Source: Camelus ferus (lineage: Eukaryota). From it: a DNA stretch of 64,000 nucleotides. This document shows positions 25,751 to 39,079 of this stretch, piece after piece. The stretch spans positions 61,754,001 to 61,818,000 of the forward strand of contig NC_045697.1 in NCBI RefSeq assembly GCF_009834535.1. The letters are read 5' to 3'. The notes beneath the pieces were generated by a model that did no database searches, had not been told where the DNA came from, and worked only from the letters and a program-made list of their open reading frames with translations. Within the stretch, counting starts at the first letter, position 1. Each line of letters opens with the position of its first letter. Made by a program: the position numbers and the translations under genes.

Positions 25751-28519
25751 TTATTTCACAATGTAAGTAATTATGGTGATAATGAAATAAAGTGGTTTAT
25801 TAAAGAAATTTATGGTGGCAGAAATGGCTTTATTGGTCCCCTCATCTCAATCAAAAGCTCACTATCCCAAGTTGTCCACCTCTTCTCAGAGGAAAGAGCT
25901 ACTTTTCAAGGCTATCTTCCCAATAGGTGCTGACTGGCACAAAAGGCTTTTGGAGTTCCCCAGGAGACTATAAGAGACAGATAATCAAATTCACCTCCTG
26001 TTACAGAACCTGACACATAATTGATAACCAATAAATATTTGTTTAATTAATTAAAAGTGCTGTAACCAAAATATTCTTTTTATTGTGGAAAAGGAAATTA
26101 AGGTAACTTAAAAGACTTCCCAAAGACTAGAGAGCTTTCAATTGGCTGAGCTAGGTATGCATCCTTCTCTGTCTGCAGGTCTCAGAAGAGCATCTGTAAG
26201 GTTCAGTGAATCTATACAAATATGCATTCTCCAGCCCCCCTTCTTTATGCTGTCCTGAAGAAAGATGGAAGTGAAATCAGCAAGACATCATGGAGCTAAT
26301 AGCATCAGAAGTTAAGGAATACTGGAGGATTTAAAATGTAACTTCAAAGAAACGAAGTTATATTCCAATTAAATTCAACAAACATCTACTACAACCTGAG
26401 AATGCCAAGTTGAAGAAGACAATGGTCTGGACCCTCAAGAACTCATACTCCAGCAGAGAAGACAAGCATGTAAACAATTGACTATGATAAATATCATGAG
26501 GCATTAAGTAATATAATGAACAAATATACAACCCACACCTCCAGATCTTCCTACTGAGCTACACAGATGTATCCACCTATATGTCCCGTGGAGAAAAAAA
26601 CTATGTGCAAATTGAAAAATTACAGTCTTCCCTCCCACTCCTGTTTCTCTTCCTGTGGTTACTACCTTAGTGTAAGGCGGCACATCCACCCTGTAAAGCA
26701 TTCTTGACATAACCTGTACTAAAACTAAATCGACTCTTCCTAAAATTCAAACTGATCACATTACTCATGAGAAAAAAAATCCTTCAGTGATTCCTCTTTA
26801 CTTCAATATATATTCCAGCTCCTTAGAATCCTTTGGCTCTCCTTTTACCACCACTTGTCATGCACTAGTTAGTTCCCTCCAATCACTCCCATTGCCTCCT
26901 TTGCAGAGGTCTATTCATGCCACACCATACAGCGATGCTGCCATCTGCTTATCCGTCAACTTCTTCAGTGCTGGAATACTGCTTGACAGATAATGTAGTC
27001 ACAAAAATTATTTATTAGTTGGATGAATGAAGGAAGGAAGGAAGGAAAAAGTCAAAGTTTTAGGATCACTGTTTACTGACTATAAAGTCTTGAACAAGGT
27101 CATCCCTTAACAGTCTTTGTCTTAGGCCCTTCAACTCTAAAGTGACAATTATACTCATCCCTCTAAGCCATTGTAAGAATTAAAGGAATTCATATGTATA
27201 AACAGACTTTGTAACAAATAAAGTACAGCACAGCATCAGTTATTTTAATTTTGTTACTTTATAAGTTTATTCTATCATTTCAAGACTGGTAAAAAGAAAT
27301 TTTCCAAGAATCTAAATTGCTTCTAAAGCCATTTAGATTTAGATAGATTTAGATCTAAATACTTCCTTGAAAATATCTTATTGAATAAAATTTCAGGACA
27401 TAAAGTTGTAAGTGGCAATGTCATCAGTATCCTTAATTATGAAGGTGTAAGAAGTGGATGAATTGTCAAGGTTATAAGAGCCAATTTCTCTCCACTCCAC
27501 CACTCTATTTACATATTAGAGCTCTCATGTACTTGCAGTTTGGTAGGGGAGAGAAGTGGAAAATGATACAAGGCATTATAACAAAGTCCACTTTTAAATA
27601 ATTATAACTTAAGTTAATTACATTGACATTTCTCAGCAAGGATTAAGTAAATCAGAAGGGGGAGAAAAGGCGTATGAGAAAATAAAAAGCAAGGCCTGAA
27701 CTACAAGAGCATCTCTTTTGTCTTTCATTCAGGAGTGTAATTAAATTAAGTAGGATTGATTGAGTGTCAGACATCTGTGGGAGTCATTTCCTAACTTCAT
27801 TAATGCTATTGTGCCTGAAGAAGCCTCAGTGGTAATTTCTCTCACAAGTATCTAATGAGAGTCTAGTGATGTGATATGAAAGCATTACACCAAACCGCTG
27901 TGCTCTACGCCACTGCCTATCTGTATGTGAGGAATTTATTAGAAATGCTGGCCCAGTAACAGCAAAGCTACATTATCCACCTCAGCAGTAGGAGTGGGAC
28001 AGCAGGCAGCAGCGAGCTGAGGTAATGGAGTCATAAAGTTGAGAGCTTAGACAGCAAGCATAACAGAATAAAAACAGGACGGCTAAAGAGATCTAAATGG
28101 TCATAAAATAGATCATATATAATGAGGTACAGAAGATAATGAGGTGCATTTATATGGAAAACACTAAATAAAAATTATGACCATTTCCTCTTTAACCCCA
28201 TAACCATCAGAGCTTCTCCCAGCAGCTGGATTTGCAAGGTAAACTAGGGAGAGGGAATTAACTGGAAGGAAATATATATATATACACACTAGCCAGCTTA
28301 GTTCATTATTATAGGCATTGCTGATTATACAGAGAGCCCTAGCAGAATGGCACTGGGCAAAAACATTATGAAAGATCTATAATTCCTTCCTTGTGTAAAA
28401 TTATGATTTTAAAAAGTTGTAATACTGTTACAGTTAAAAAGTAATTAAATGAAGATAAATGTAAAGTTAGTTCTGTTTTATTCATTTTATCACTGTGATT
28501 AGAAGTTACCAGCTTCCAA

Positions 28520-29030
28520 GCTTTATTCATTCATTCATTCATTCATCAATTAATGAGTATTTACTATGTATTGGGAGTTCTGGCCAGCTCTAAAGATGCC
28601 AAGTTGCATAAGAACAGTCTCTGTCTTTATGGAGCTTTTAATCTGATGCAGAAAACTTACAAGTAATCAAATCATCAAAATAAAAGTTTAAGCATAAAAA
28701 TAGCTAAGCAATGGGTCCTATGGGAACACAGAGGGCACAGCACTCGGCAGGGCTCAGAATACTGAAAAGTGAATAGAAATCAGGTTGATTTAGGATGTCA
28801 ATATAGATGAAGGAGAGGATGGTAGAGTTTCAGTTTGAGCAAGCCACGTTTACAAAGATACCCAGGTGTGAAATGAAAAGATAAGTTTAAGGAAGGGCTA
28901 GGAAAAGAAGACCAATGTGAGGAAGCCGAGCTATAGAGCCCAGGCTTTGAACTGCGATGTGAGGCTAAGATTTTATTCTGCACGTAGGCCATGGGAGCCA
29001 TTGAGGGTGCTTGTGTAGAGGTGTGCTCAT
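28520..29030 (-). mobile_element. L2 LINE 3' end with (TTCA)n tail
   Basis: 'ttcattcattcattcattcatc...gagtatttactatgt...ctctgtctttatggagctt'. Confidence 0.75.
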
Positions 29031-31919
29031 GCATTACTGACACACACACAATATTTAAATCAAACTTTCCAGTGCTGGATTCTGCATTCCCTATAATTCA
29101 GTGGAGTCTCGTTGAGAAAACTAAGTGTGGAAAACAGTATATAATTTACACAACTAATATCTCATTGCACATGATGCCCATCTCTCAAAATATCATGTGC
29201 CCTGTGGCAAGGTAGTCCATATTTGACAGGATTAAGACTGGAAACATCAATTTCACTGAATCCTCAGAAATCTATAGGCACTAAATCCCACTCAAAAGCT
29301 TCTTTGTAATATAATGATATATGGTACTGAAATGAACACAGATGCTCTGAAGTTATATGAAGTTATCCTCATGTAACATTTTACCCTACTTATAAATGGG
29401 AGGTTTTACCCAGTCAAGTGGGATACTGTAATCTGAAATTAATTCATCCTCAAAAATTAGCCAAAAAGAAATTACTAATCATATTAATATTGTGAAAAGC
29501 ACCTTGGGAATGCAGAATACCTCATAGTGGGAATACTAATTCTGCTGAAGGGACAATGTTTAGGTCTCTGGTAATTGCTGTATGTCAAACTTTCACTGTA
29601 AGTAGCTCTTAGCATCTGGAGACTCGATGTGCGCTATGATGTAACCAACCCTAGTAATTAATAATCCATTTTGTAATAGGGCTCTTCTGGGAGGATCTGT
29701 CTTAGCATAGTTGCTCAGCAAAATTTACCATCTGAGAAAACTAACAAATGGTCAGCTTAACCAGACTGTTAGCATGTTAAGGATAGAAATCACCACATTC
29801 ATCTTTGTCTGGCTTGATAGAGGCTTAGCAAATACATCAGAGTGTTATCACTTTGATATCATTATCATCCCCCATTGATTTTATCGTCTGTATTGCAGGA
29901 GCGGGGATGAGGGATATTAGGACTGTATTTCCCAGGATTCCTTTCCCCATGTTGTTTTAGGCTATAATCTGCCTAGATTTGCATCTATCTTGAGAAACTA
30001 AGGAGAAGCAGGGGAACTTGAGAATCTTCTAGTCAAATGTAGAACTCAGGAGCAGTAACTTCCCTATGTCTTATGCCACCAGCCCATCCAACAATTGTGA
30101 AAGTCTCTATTTTCCTGTATTAAAATCTTTCCCACTTGGAACATTTTAAATGGCTTCTGATTCCTCATCTCAGTGTGACTGCAATGAGTATTTTAGTGAA
30201 AAGAAGAGAAGGAGACAGGAAACAAAGAAGGAAGGAGGAACAAGGGAAAGAGAAAGAAAGAAAGAGAGGTACTAAATTGCCTCCTTGGTTGTACACAGTT
30301 AAACAGAGCCAGGGGTATGCCTCATTCTTAATTCTGCATGCACTCTACCTCCTCTGGAGAGCAGTGTGAGTTCTTCTGCACTGTGGAAATATTAAAATGT
30401 CAGGAAGTGTGACTCAAAGCCAGTCTTTCTCAACATCCATGGGTGCCAATAATTCAAATCATGCAAGATGGGCATCACAAGAAATCGTTACTAATTCTCT
30501 AAATTAGAAAATGTGAACATGTTGGCAGATGAATAATTAGAGCTGACAGAATAATTGAGCCACTCAGAGGAAAGACTGGTAGAACAGTGAGAACATCTAG
30601 GTAATCACACAAGGAACTTAGGGGAAACGGAATGGATCAGTCAAAAACAAACAGAAATTATTTGTGCTTTTTAAGTTTTTTTGTTGAAAAAGAAAAGGTG
30701 CTACAAGTCAGCAAACTAAAGCAATGAGGCCTCTGTGAATCAAATTCCCTAACTTCTCTGTTTCACTATTCATAAGCCAAATGTTAGGGGAATAAAAAGC
30801 AGAATATGTTTGAGCCATATGTTAAAGGTGTTAAACATACGGATTTTGACATATTGAAATCTGAACTAAAACAATTACTGCTTATAATACATCCAATTTT
30901 TGGAACTACTGAATTCAGTATGACTCTCTCTCTCTGTGTTTCTTTTGCACAATGTCTTCAAATTTTTTAGCTTTTCAGACATTTTTACTAATCCACAAAA
31001 TGTAACCAATCGTTTTCATATCCACTGTTGTTAATGAGCTGACAATGCACAATACAAACAACTGTTAATAATTTAAGGCATATAGAATAGTTTTTAAAAT
31101 CACCTTTAGACTGTGTTTACTAAAACAGCAATGAATTTTCAGCTGAATCTCTTGGAATTTGAGTCTGTTGGACTGCGCTAATTTGCTTGGCTGAGTATGT
31201 GTTTCTCAACCCAAACTTCTTTCCAAAAACCAACTCCTCCTGACTCCCTATTACCAGTCTTTCAGTCACCGAGGCTTGGAACCCTTGGATTCTCTTTGAT
31301 TCTTTCCTTTATTTGCCAAATTCAATCAGAAGCAAAAGAGTGTGAGATTTTTCTAGCACTTTTCCATTCTCTTTGCATTCCTGCAATACTTTACAAACTG
31401 GCCTTCCCCTTCATTCCACTAAATGGAGAAATTATTTAAAAAACCCCTACAAAGTTTCTAACATATATTAGACATTCAATAATGTTAGTTCCCTTACCCT
31501 GCTTTCCTTTCATCTTTCTAGTCTAAACACTAAATCACTTGAAATGCAATTCTGATCAGATTATTCCCCTCCTCAAAAACCTCCAAGGCAACTCTTTCCT
31601 GAAGTCTAGCCCACTCAGCCCAGCGTTCAAAGGTCTCTGGTTCTCACTGACCTTTTCTCACTGCTGTCTTATACACAACGCTTATGCTTTACAAACTGAA
31701 TCATTACTCAATGGCATACTCAAATATCTCTGAGCTCAAGCCCTAACCAGGCAAGCTTCCACTGGAAATAATTAAATAACCAATTAGTTGACTGCAAAAT
31801 ATCAGAGACTAAACATAGCTATCTTAAAATCGAGCATATAGCCTCTTAGAGGTAAGTCATCAACAATGAATATGTCAAATACTCGTACCCCAATAAGCCA
31901 GAGCACTTGTTATCTATAC

Positions 31920-32243
31920 CATGAATCAGCAGATTACTGCCTGCAGACCAAATCTGGCTCATGCTTTTTCTGTACAGCATGCAAGCTAAGAATGGGTATT
32001 GCATTTTAAACTGTTAAAAAGAGTCAAACGAAGACTAATGTGTCATGGCACATGAATATTACATAAATTTCAAATTCCAGTGTCCATAAAAAAAGCTTTA
32101 TTACAATACAGCATGCCCACTCATTTACATAGATGCTTTTATGCTACAACAACAGAGTTGAATGGTTGCAACAGAACCGTATGGCCCACAAAGGCTAAAA
32201 TATTTACCATTTAGTCCTTAAAAAAATAATTTGTTGACTTTGG
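31920..32243. mobile_element. MER58B hAT-Charlie MITE
   Basis: 'gcaagctaagaatgg...aaatttcaaattccagtgtccataaa...gtatggcccacaaaggctaaaatatttaccat'; 8-bp TSD atctatac/acctatac. Confidence 0.88.
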
Positions 32244-32456
32244 ACCTATACTATGAATTAACTCATACTACTTAGTATTAGTATTTATGGTTTTTTTAAT
32301 ATTTCTTATTCCCCCAACTTATTTTTAAGCCCCTCAAGATTAGAAATCTTTGTAACTTTCTAATACTCTGGCCTGGCACATGTGTTTTACATAGCTGGTA
32401 CTCAATAGATATTTATTAGTTATCCTGGGATGCTAGTTCTACAGATAGGTATGGAT

Positions 32457-32633
32457 GGGGGAAAGGGTATAGCTCAATGGTAGAGCATTTGCTTGGCATG
32501 TATGAGGTCCTGGGTTCAATCCCCAGTACCTGTATTAAAATAAAAGAAAAACTAATAATAAATAAATAAATAGATCTAATGACCTCCCCCCAACAAAAAA
32601 TATACATAAATTTTTTTTTTAATTTTTAAAAAT
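32457..32633 (+). mobile_element. tRNA-derived camelid SINE (Vic-1-like)
   Basis: A box TAGCTCAATGGTAGAGC and B box GGTTCAATCCC, A-rich linker, 'ctaatgacctcccccc' block, A/T tail; degenerate TSD agataggtatggat/aaataggcacagat. Confidence 0.88.
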
Positions 32634-33619
32634 CAAATAGGCACAGATGACCATATGGATTCTCCTGGCCCAACTGAGGAAACAAACAGCAGGCTATGGT
32701 AACTACAGTCTTTACTGTAGAGGATGTTGTTTGTTCTCTCATTTTAAAAAGTAGTTGGTCATCTGCAAATACTTATTTGAGTACTTCCCAGGAGTGATCT
32801 CCCATCTCCCTTGTACCCTGGCACTAAGAGGTACCACAATGCCACTGTGACATCTTGACTTCTATTGCCATTACTTTTACTAAATTTCTATTTTGGCCCA
32901 ACTACTCCTAACAAAAAACGGTAAACCTGGGACACAGCTCTTTGAATGGTGAAATTATCAAACCCAAATTATTTCATGGAAAAGAACATGATGCCCTTCG
33001 ATGACACCAAAATAACTGGCCCGTTAGGCTGGTTCAGTTCAATAGTACAGTGATTTGGTAAGGTAAAAAATAAAACTGATCATTTGGCTAAATTAACTTA
33101 ATCCTATCCAAATACTTTACCTGGTAGCACTGTTTAAGGAAAAAAAAAATATATATATATATATATAATATATATATCTCCTTATTATTTAAATGTTAAG
33201 TCCCCTCCATCAAGTACAATACATGTGTGCATATGTATATATGAGTATCTTACTGAAGATGTCCAAATAAAGAGTAACATTTAATCCGAAACATCACGCT
33301 GAAATATACTGTACATTTTTGGACTCATGTAGATTTTGCCAATGTTTTTCTATTCTTTCTTCCTTCTGAATCTCTAAGACCTGTCAGAGCTGTCAACAAT
33401 GCAATGCCAACTGTTTACAAAACAGATCTCATTCACAGGGGAGATAGAAGCCTGATCCAGTACTCAGAGAAGCTGAGAAAAGAATAAAAAAAAAAAAAGA
33501 AAAAAAGGATGAAACACTGACAGTTGCACATTTTTATCTGAAGTAGTAAAATCTTAAGAATAAATAAAATGTCAGCAAAATCTACTGTCTCTTTTCTTGG
33601 CTATAGGCTTATATTAAGA

Positions 33620-33700
33620 AATAATGTCACAATATTTTTCAGACGTCAGAAACATTTTTAATAACAGGATTACTGGGATAAGACAAAACTGATACATAAC
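33620..33700 (-). terminator. Candidate polyadenylation site
   Basis: On minus: TGTA near 33693, ATTAAA at 33662-33657, then a U/GU-rich tract 'ATTGTGACATTATTTCTT' about 25-40 nt downstream. Confidence 0.4.
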
Positions 33701-33846
33701 AGATTGTATAACTTCAGCATTGTAGTTGGAATCTACTGTAATTGCCTTTTGTTTCCTTCACTGAATTCTCTTGTTCTTTCTGCATTTCTCAAAATTTTGC
33801 TAGCAATTTTAATGTGTTAAGACCACGTATCGTCACTCAAAGTATT

Positions 33847-33887
33847 TCAAGAGTTTCGAATTATCTCTGCTGGTCTTTTCATGTTAG
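33847..33887 (-). CDS. Candidate 3'-terminal coding exon of an unidentified minus-strand gene (xNMKRPAEIIRNS*)
   Basis: Acceptor 'tttataactctctctacag|CT' at 33888-33890; frame CT AAC ATG AAA AGA CCA GCA GAG ATA ATT CGA AAC TCT TGA, while the other two frames stop within 3 codons; repeat-free UTR-like sequence follows. No upstream exon found in the window. Confidence 0.45.
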
Positions 33888-34129
33888 CTGTAGAGAGAGT
33901 TATAAACACACATTTCCATCAGTTGTTCCAAGTGTATCACATACATGATGTTTGATAGCTGCACTGTCATCAGTAAATCCAATATAAAGTTGGGCTATGC
34001 AGTGTAGTATACTAAAATTATTTTTTTTAAGTTTTCAAATGAGAAGGAAGTTGGTAGAAGCTGCTCTTCATTATATAACTTCATTACTCAGGTACCTTGA
34101 TCTTGTGAAATATGTATTGTCTCTCTGTA

Positions 34130-34700
34130 AACATACTTTCAGGAGAAAGTACTGCAGGGTCAGAGTAGACAACTATTGTTTCTGAATCTCCAGAACCCAT
34201 TCACCCTACTTGACTAGCAGCGCACCAACCTTCAAACAGGGACTCAGCCTTCCTTGATTCATAGACCACATGCTATGGAGTTAAGTTCACTTCCAGTTTC
34301 TAGGGTGATTTGATATCAGCCTAGTCAATCAGATCATCTCCTTCCACTGGTGTCAGGCATTGGTTCAGTTAGGAACAATGGTTCAAGCTGAGTGAGTCAG
34401 GTCAGAACAGGGCTAGTCTCAGAACCTTAGCCTGAGTGCGGCATACTTGAAGTCGTACTTGACTCTAGTAAGGTATGAGGCTGATGCTGCCCCATAAAGA
34501 CAGAGCCTATCAGTGAATGGAGCCAGTACCAAAAAGGTTGTCTGAAGAAGTGAACAGAGAGAATCTGGTCCTGATGAAAATCATTTCAGCCCTGCCTTTC
34601 CAAAACAACCTTATTCCCAGACTTCTAATTTTTATAAATACCATTTAAGTCAGTTTGAATTAGGCATTCCATTAGTTGCTATTTTAAAAGTCCTGATATT
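34130..34700 (+). mobile_element. Old MaLR (MLT1J/K/L-like) LTR
   Basis: 'ggcattggttcag...tgaatggagccagtac...ctggtcctgatga...tttaagtcagtttgaattaggcattcc...aaaagtcctga'. Confidence 0.6.
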
Positions 34701-35110
34701 TGCTTTCCTCTGTATTCCTAACATGCAAAAGAGGTTAAAAACTCTCGTGCCTTCTTACACCTCTAATCCAAGAACCTAAAGTTCCCATTCCCATAGTGTT
34801 GGAGGCTTCCAAAAACATAAGTTAAAGCAGAGATCTCTATTCCTGATATATCTCTGACCAGTTTTCTTCCACCACTTTCCGTTAGGTTCATCAACTTTCA
34901 GGAAGATGTAAGGAACATTGCTGGTTCTCTGAAAAGACCTATATTCTCCAAGGTTAGCCATTTTGTGAGAGGAGTGGATGTTTGTGGGAAGACACTAAAA
35001 TGAAGGATAATTTTCATGAATGATGGTTGGAAATTAATGTTCATTCATTCGTCACATGTGGATATTCAGCCTTGAGTGTCAGTCTGTCAGGAACACCACC
35101 TTTCGTTCTT

Positions 35111-35372
35111 TTTTTTTTTTTTTTTTTTGGTGTGTGTGGGTATATATATATATATTTTTTTTTTAATTGAAGTACAGTTTACAATGTTGTATCAATTTCT
35201 ATTGTACAGCATAATGCTTTAGTTATATATGAACATATATACATTCATTTTCATATTCTTTTTCACTGTAAGTTACTACAAGATATGGAATACAGTTCCT
35301 TGTGCTATACAGTATGAACTTGCTGTTTATCTATTTTATAAATATTAGTATCTGCATATCTAGAACTCCCAA
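35111..35372 (-). mobile_element. Young 5'-truncated camelid-type L1 3' end with compound tail
   Basis: 'tttaattgaagtacagtttacaatgttgtatcaatttct...gttccttgtgctatacagta...gaactcccaatt'; candidate TSD tttcgttctt (35101-35110) / tttggttctt (35373-35382). Confidence 0.85.
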
Positions 35373-38300
35373 TTTGGTTCTTGATTCCAAAGGAGATGGT
35401 GAATTTCCATGCATAAGGTGACCAGTGGTGGAACTGGTCTACTTACTCCAGTAAGTGGAATTATAAGAAACACTGGACTGGCCTAGGATTGGTGAGCAGA
35501 TGTTGAAAAATATTACAAATAAAAGAAACTAGTCTTTTAAAAAACAGCTCAGGAGCTGGATTTCCTTTCAATGAATAAGTCTAAAATGTCTTCATTTCTG
35601 CTTTAAAGTAAGAAAATGTATAAGGTCAGATTTGGAGAGCATAATTCAAAAATTGAGGTCCATGGGTCAACAGTGTCAAGTCACAGCTCCACAGTTTTCC
35701 TAGTAGCCTTAGGTTTATTCTGTATTCAACTTCCCCACCAGCCACCCTTACCCCAATTTTGGGAAAAAATTAACTCTACTAAAAAGTTATCTTCCTTCCT
35801 GTACTCCTCTAACCTTAGCTTCCAAATGTGAGGCTTTCAAACCCAGAATCTTAATTTTGTATATTCTCCAACATCTTAGGGAAGAAAAAAGTCTTTTCTG
35901 AAAAGCTTACCTGAAAGGTTTTGGAGTTGGGATTTGGCAAAATGTGTGCCTAAAGCAAAGTTCCTGAGCGGAGTAGTGAAGGGCTAGTGGCAGACCTCTC
36001 TCCATTCAGGGAATCTCAGCAAAGCTCCTAGAGGAGAGTAGAGCAACTAGTGCCAACAAGGGGCTGTGATAACCAGCAGGACTTTGCATAGGCTCATCTG
36101 AAGCTATGAGACCACTTAAATAAGGAGCCATCCTCACTTGTCCTTTCAGCACAAGCATGAAAAGCCTTATAAAGAGATCTGAAGAAGAGAAGTCTATTTC
36201 CAATTCACGCTTAAGAAGTTCTCACCCTGCTTTACAAGAAGACTGCCTGTCAAAATCACACTTAATTTCAAAGAGCTACTACATTCAAAAATACTTCAAA
36301 AACTGTGGAATGCAATTTGAAAAATACTCTCCCAGCCCACATGGTCATTAAATGAACAGAGAAGATGAAATGTACTTTCTGGTGATTCAGTGTGGTCAGA
36401 GATGAAGACTTTTCTTTTGTCCACACATTGTGCACTCTAGCTCCTGCCTAATCCATAGACAGTTGGTCAAATATATGAAACACTTTATTTTTAAAAATAT
36501 TTTGACTTGTTCACATTTAAACTAGTTTTTCCTCAGCTACATGTATTAATATTTTTATACTATTGGGTTAATTTTTTTAAAGGAGCATTCTTTACAAATT
36601 CAAAATAGATTAACTCCTTTTCACACATTACACCTAACTATGAAGTATTTTTATTCAGCTACATTAGCATGTTAAAAGATACTAAAGTCCACTAAGTTGG
36701 GAAATTAGACTTAGAAAAGATGGCGACATTATAAAGACATATATGTATCTCTATACTGCAAAATGTGCATAAGATGCATAATATATAATAAATTATTTAA
36801 AAGCAAGATATGTATATTCTATATGAAATCAATCAGATGAGGGACTTCAAGACAGGGACTTCCATTTTACATTCACTATGTATTCCTCAGTTTTAAGGTT
36901 TTGTCAGCACTATTAAAAACATGTAACATTTATAAACCAAAAATAAAAACCAGCTGGATGTCAACTGTTAAAACGTCTTTACCTTAGTCAAGAAACCAAA
37001 CATATTTTTCCTGCAAATCTACACTTTAGTTAAAGGTATCTTAAAAGTGTTAAAGGTAACAGTAATTCTGTGATCTGATCAAATTTGAAAGGTAACTGTC
37101 TTTCCCTATGCACAGAAAAAATTGAGAAAGACATTTCAAACTATGATACTCACAGGAGCTTTTTCTAGGAAAATGATTTTACTTCTAACACTGACTGCAC
37201 TACTTGCACAGATTGCAGAGAGAGCCATGGTTAAGTGATGACTATGAAATACATCTGCAAAGGACCAAGCACAGTGCTGGCATGCTAAGTGCTCATCACA
37301 TGTCAGTCATCAGAGACTCTGGTCCCATAGCATCAGTGGCACCTAAGACAACTCCTCAACAAATTCCAGCTCTCAAAAATCTTGTACTCCCAAGCTGCAG
37401 TGAGGCTGTTAGAAGCTCTGAGGTGTTTCACTGAGTACCAAGTCTCATGGGAAACTCTTCTCATGTTCCTAGTTCTGGAATGTCAGTGCTCAAAAGTTGA
37501 TGCAGCAGAGGGAAGACTGAGAATTAGAAACATGGACCCAAGGAATACATAACTTACTCACCATCTCCCTTTTGCTCTCTTTTGTTTTGTTTTGCCTACA
37601 TCCATAGGCAAAATCAAACAAAAACATTAGGTAGGCTGAGATCACCAAAAATTACAATTCCTGGAGAATGTTCCAAATATTCTTTCTTCCTATTATTTTT
37701 CATCTTTGAGACAGTACCAGTTTTTCATTACTGTAATTCAAATGCCAGTTTTACAGAACTATAAGTTGGTCTTCTTATCCTTCAATCTATTAAAACATTC
37801 CCCTTTCCTTCTCTCATTGCCCCCACTTCATCTCCCTTTAAGATACTGAATCACTGCCATCTCCAAGCTCCCTCAGGATTCTAAATTTTCAAATTTTTAG
37901 TTATTTTTAATTGCCCTCTTTGCTCTTCTTCACGTAACCTCCCACAAACACTGGAATTGTCATTTTAATCTGTCCTTTCCTCTCCACTTCCATAGTCACC
38001 CAGTCCAAGGTCCTTATCAGCTTGTGTCTCAGTTGCAGTAATGGCTTCCGTGCAGGTTTCTACGCCAGTCTCTGTTTATCATATCCCACCTACTCAAATG
38101 TTCTAATGATTTTCTCTGACTTCATTTTCTTCAGGTCCTTTGCCTGCTCAACAGTCTCCAGTGCTTCAGTGTCACTTTTTATGCACATCTCAAGCCCTCT
38201 CCAGCCTTTAGGGCTTTCCACCAATGTTACACCCCCCGGGATCCCATCCTACCTTCATTTCTCATTACCTTTCCCTGCAGCCTCTCCGCTCCCACTAGCA

Positions 38301-38729
38301 ATATTTGCCTGTCATCTTCTATATGTGATTTGTTCATTTTCATCTCTGTATCTTTCCTCATGCAAACCCCCCACCCACTGACCTACAAATTAATTTCTGC
38401 TTTCTCTATCAGTATCGTGCTTTCCTTCAAAATTCTGCTCATCACTCATCTCTGCAGAAATTCCTTCCTACTTAACTGCAAACAATAATGAGATTATTTT
38501 TGCCCTTTATCCCCTCAAAAGAGGGCAAGCCTCTGGCATAGTTGAGGGTGGGGACCTGGGAACATAAAGAAATTCAGAGCAATGCATGTAGTTTGAGTGC
38601 CAAACTACAAATAGTTTGATGTGAATTAATAATAAAAAAAATACCTTGCAAATATAGAAAATGATCAAAGGTCCAAGCAAACAAAGCTCTCTTACTCATT
38701 TTACAAGGGAAATATCCATGTATAATTAC

Positions 38730-38970
38730 AACAGCTACCATTTATTAAGGATTTTATTTTATTTCTACAAAGGACATTATATACACTAACTCATTTCATT
38801 TTTATTTTAAGCAAGGTAAGTGTTGTCATAGGCATGTTACAGACAAGAAAACTGAAGCTCAGAGAAGTAAAGATAACTTGTCTGAAGTCACAGAGCTAAA
38901 TACAAAGGCAGAATTTGAACTCAGATTTGTTCTCACTCCAAAATCTATGGCCTAACCCACCTAAGCTGTT
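38730..38970 (-). mobile_element. MIR SINE
   Basis: 'ttacagacaagaaaactgaagctcagagaagtaaagataacttgtctgaagtcacagagct...gaatttgaactcag'. Confidence 0.85.
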
Positions 38971-39079
38971 GTCACAAATTCCTAACAGCATTCATAGCAT
39001 TCTGTTCTAGTAGTTCCTGAAAAAAACAAAAACAAGACTTCACACCTAAGCTGACAGATTTTATCAACGGGCACTTGAT

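Noticed and set aside
29550..29564. 15-mer GGGACAATGTTTAGG also present at 55507-55521
   Set aside because: One or two 15-mer matches are expected by chance in 64 kb, and the flanks do not align.
32457..32532. tRNA gene (A and B boxes present; likewise at 56763)
   Set aside because: Stems are degenerate and it is followed by a SINE body, tail and TSD; it is a SINE head.
36983..37105. 123-nt minus-strand exon candidate (ttttttctgtgcatag ... AAG|gtaaaa)
   Set aside because: Stop codons in all three frames and a weak donor; at most a non-coding or poison exon, with no support.
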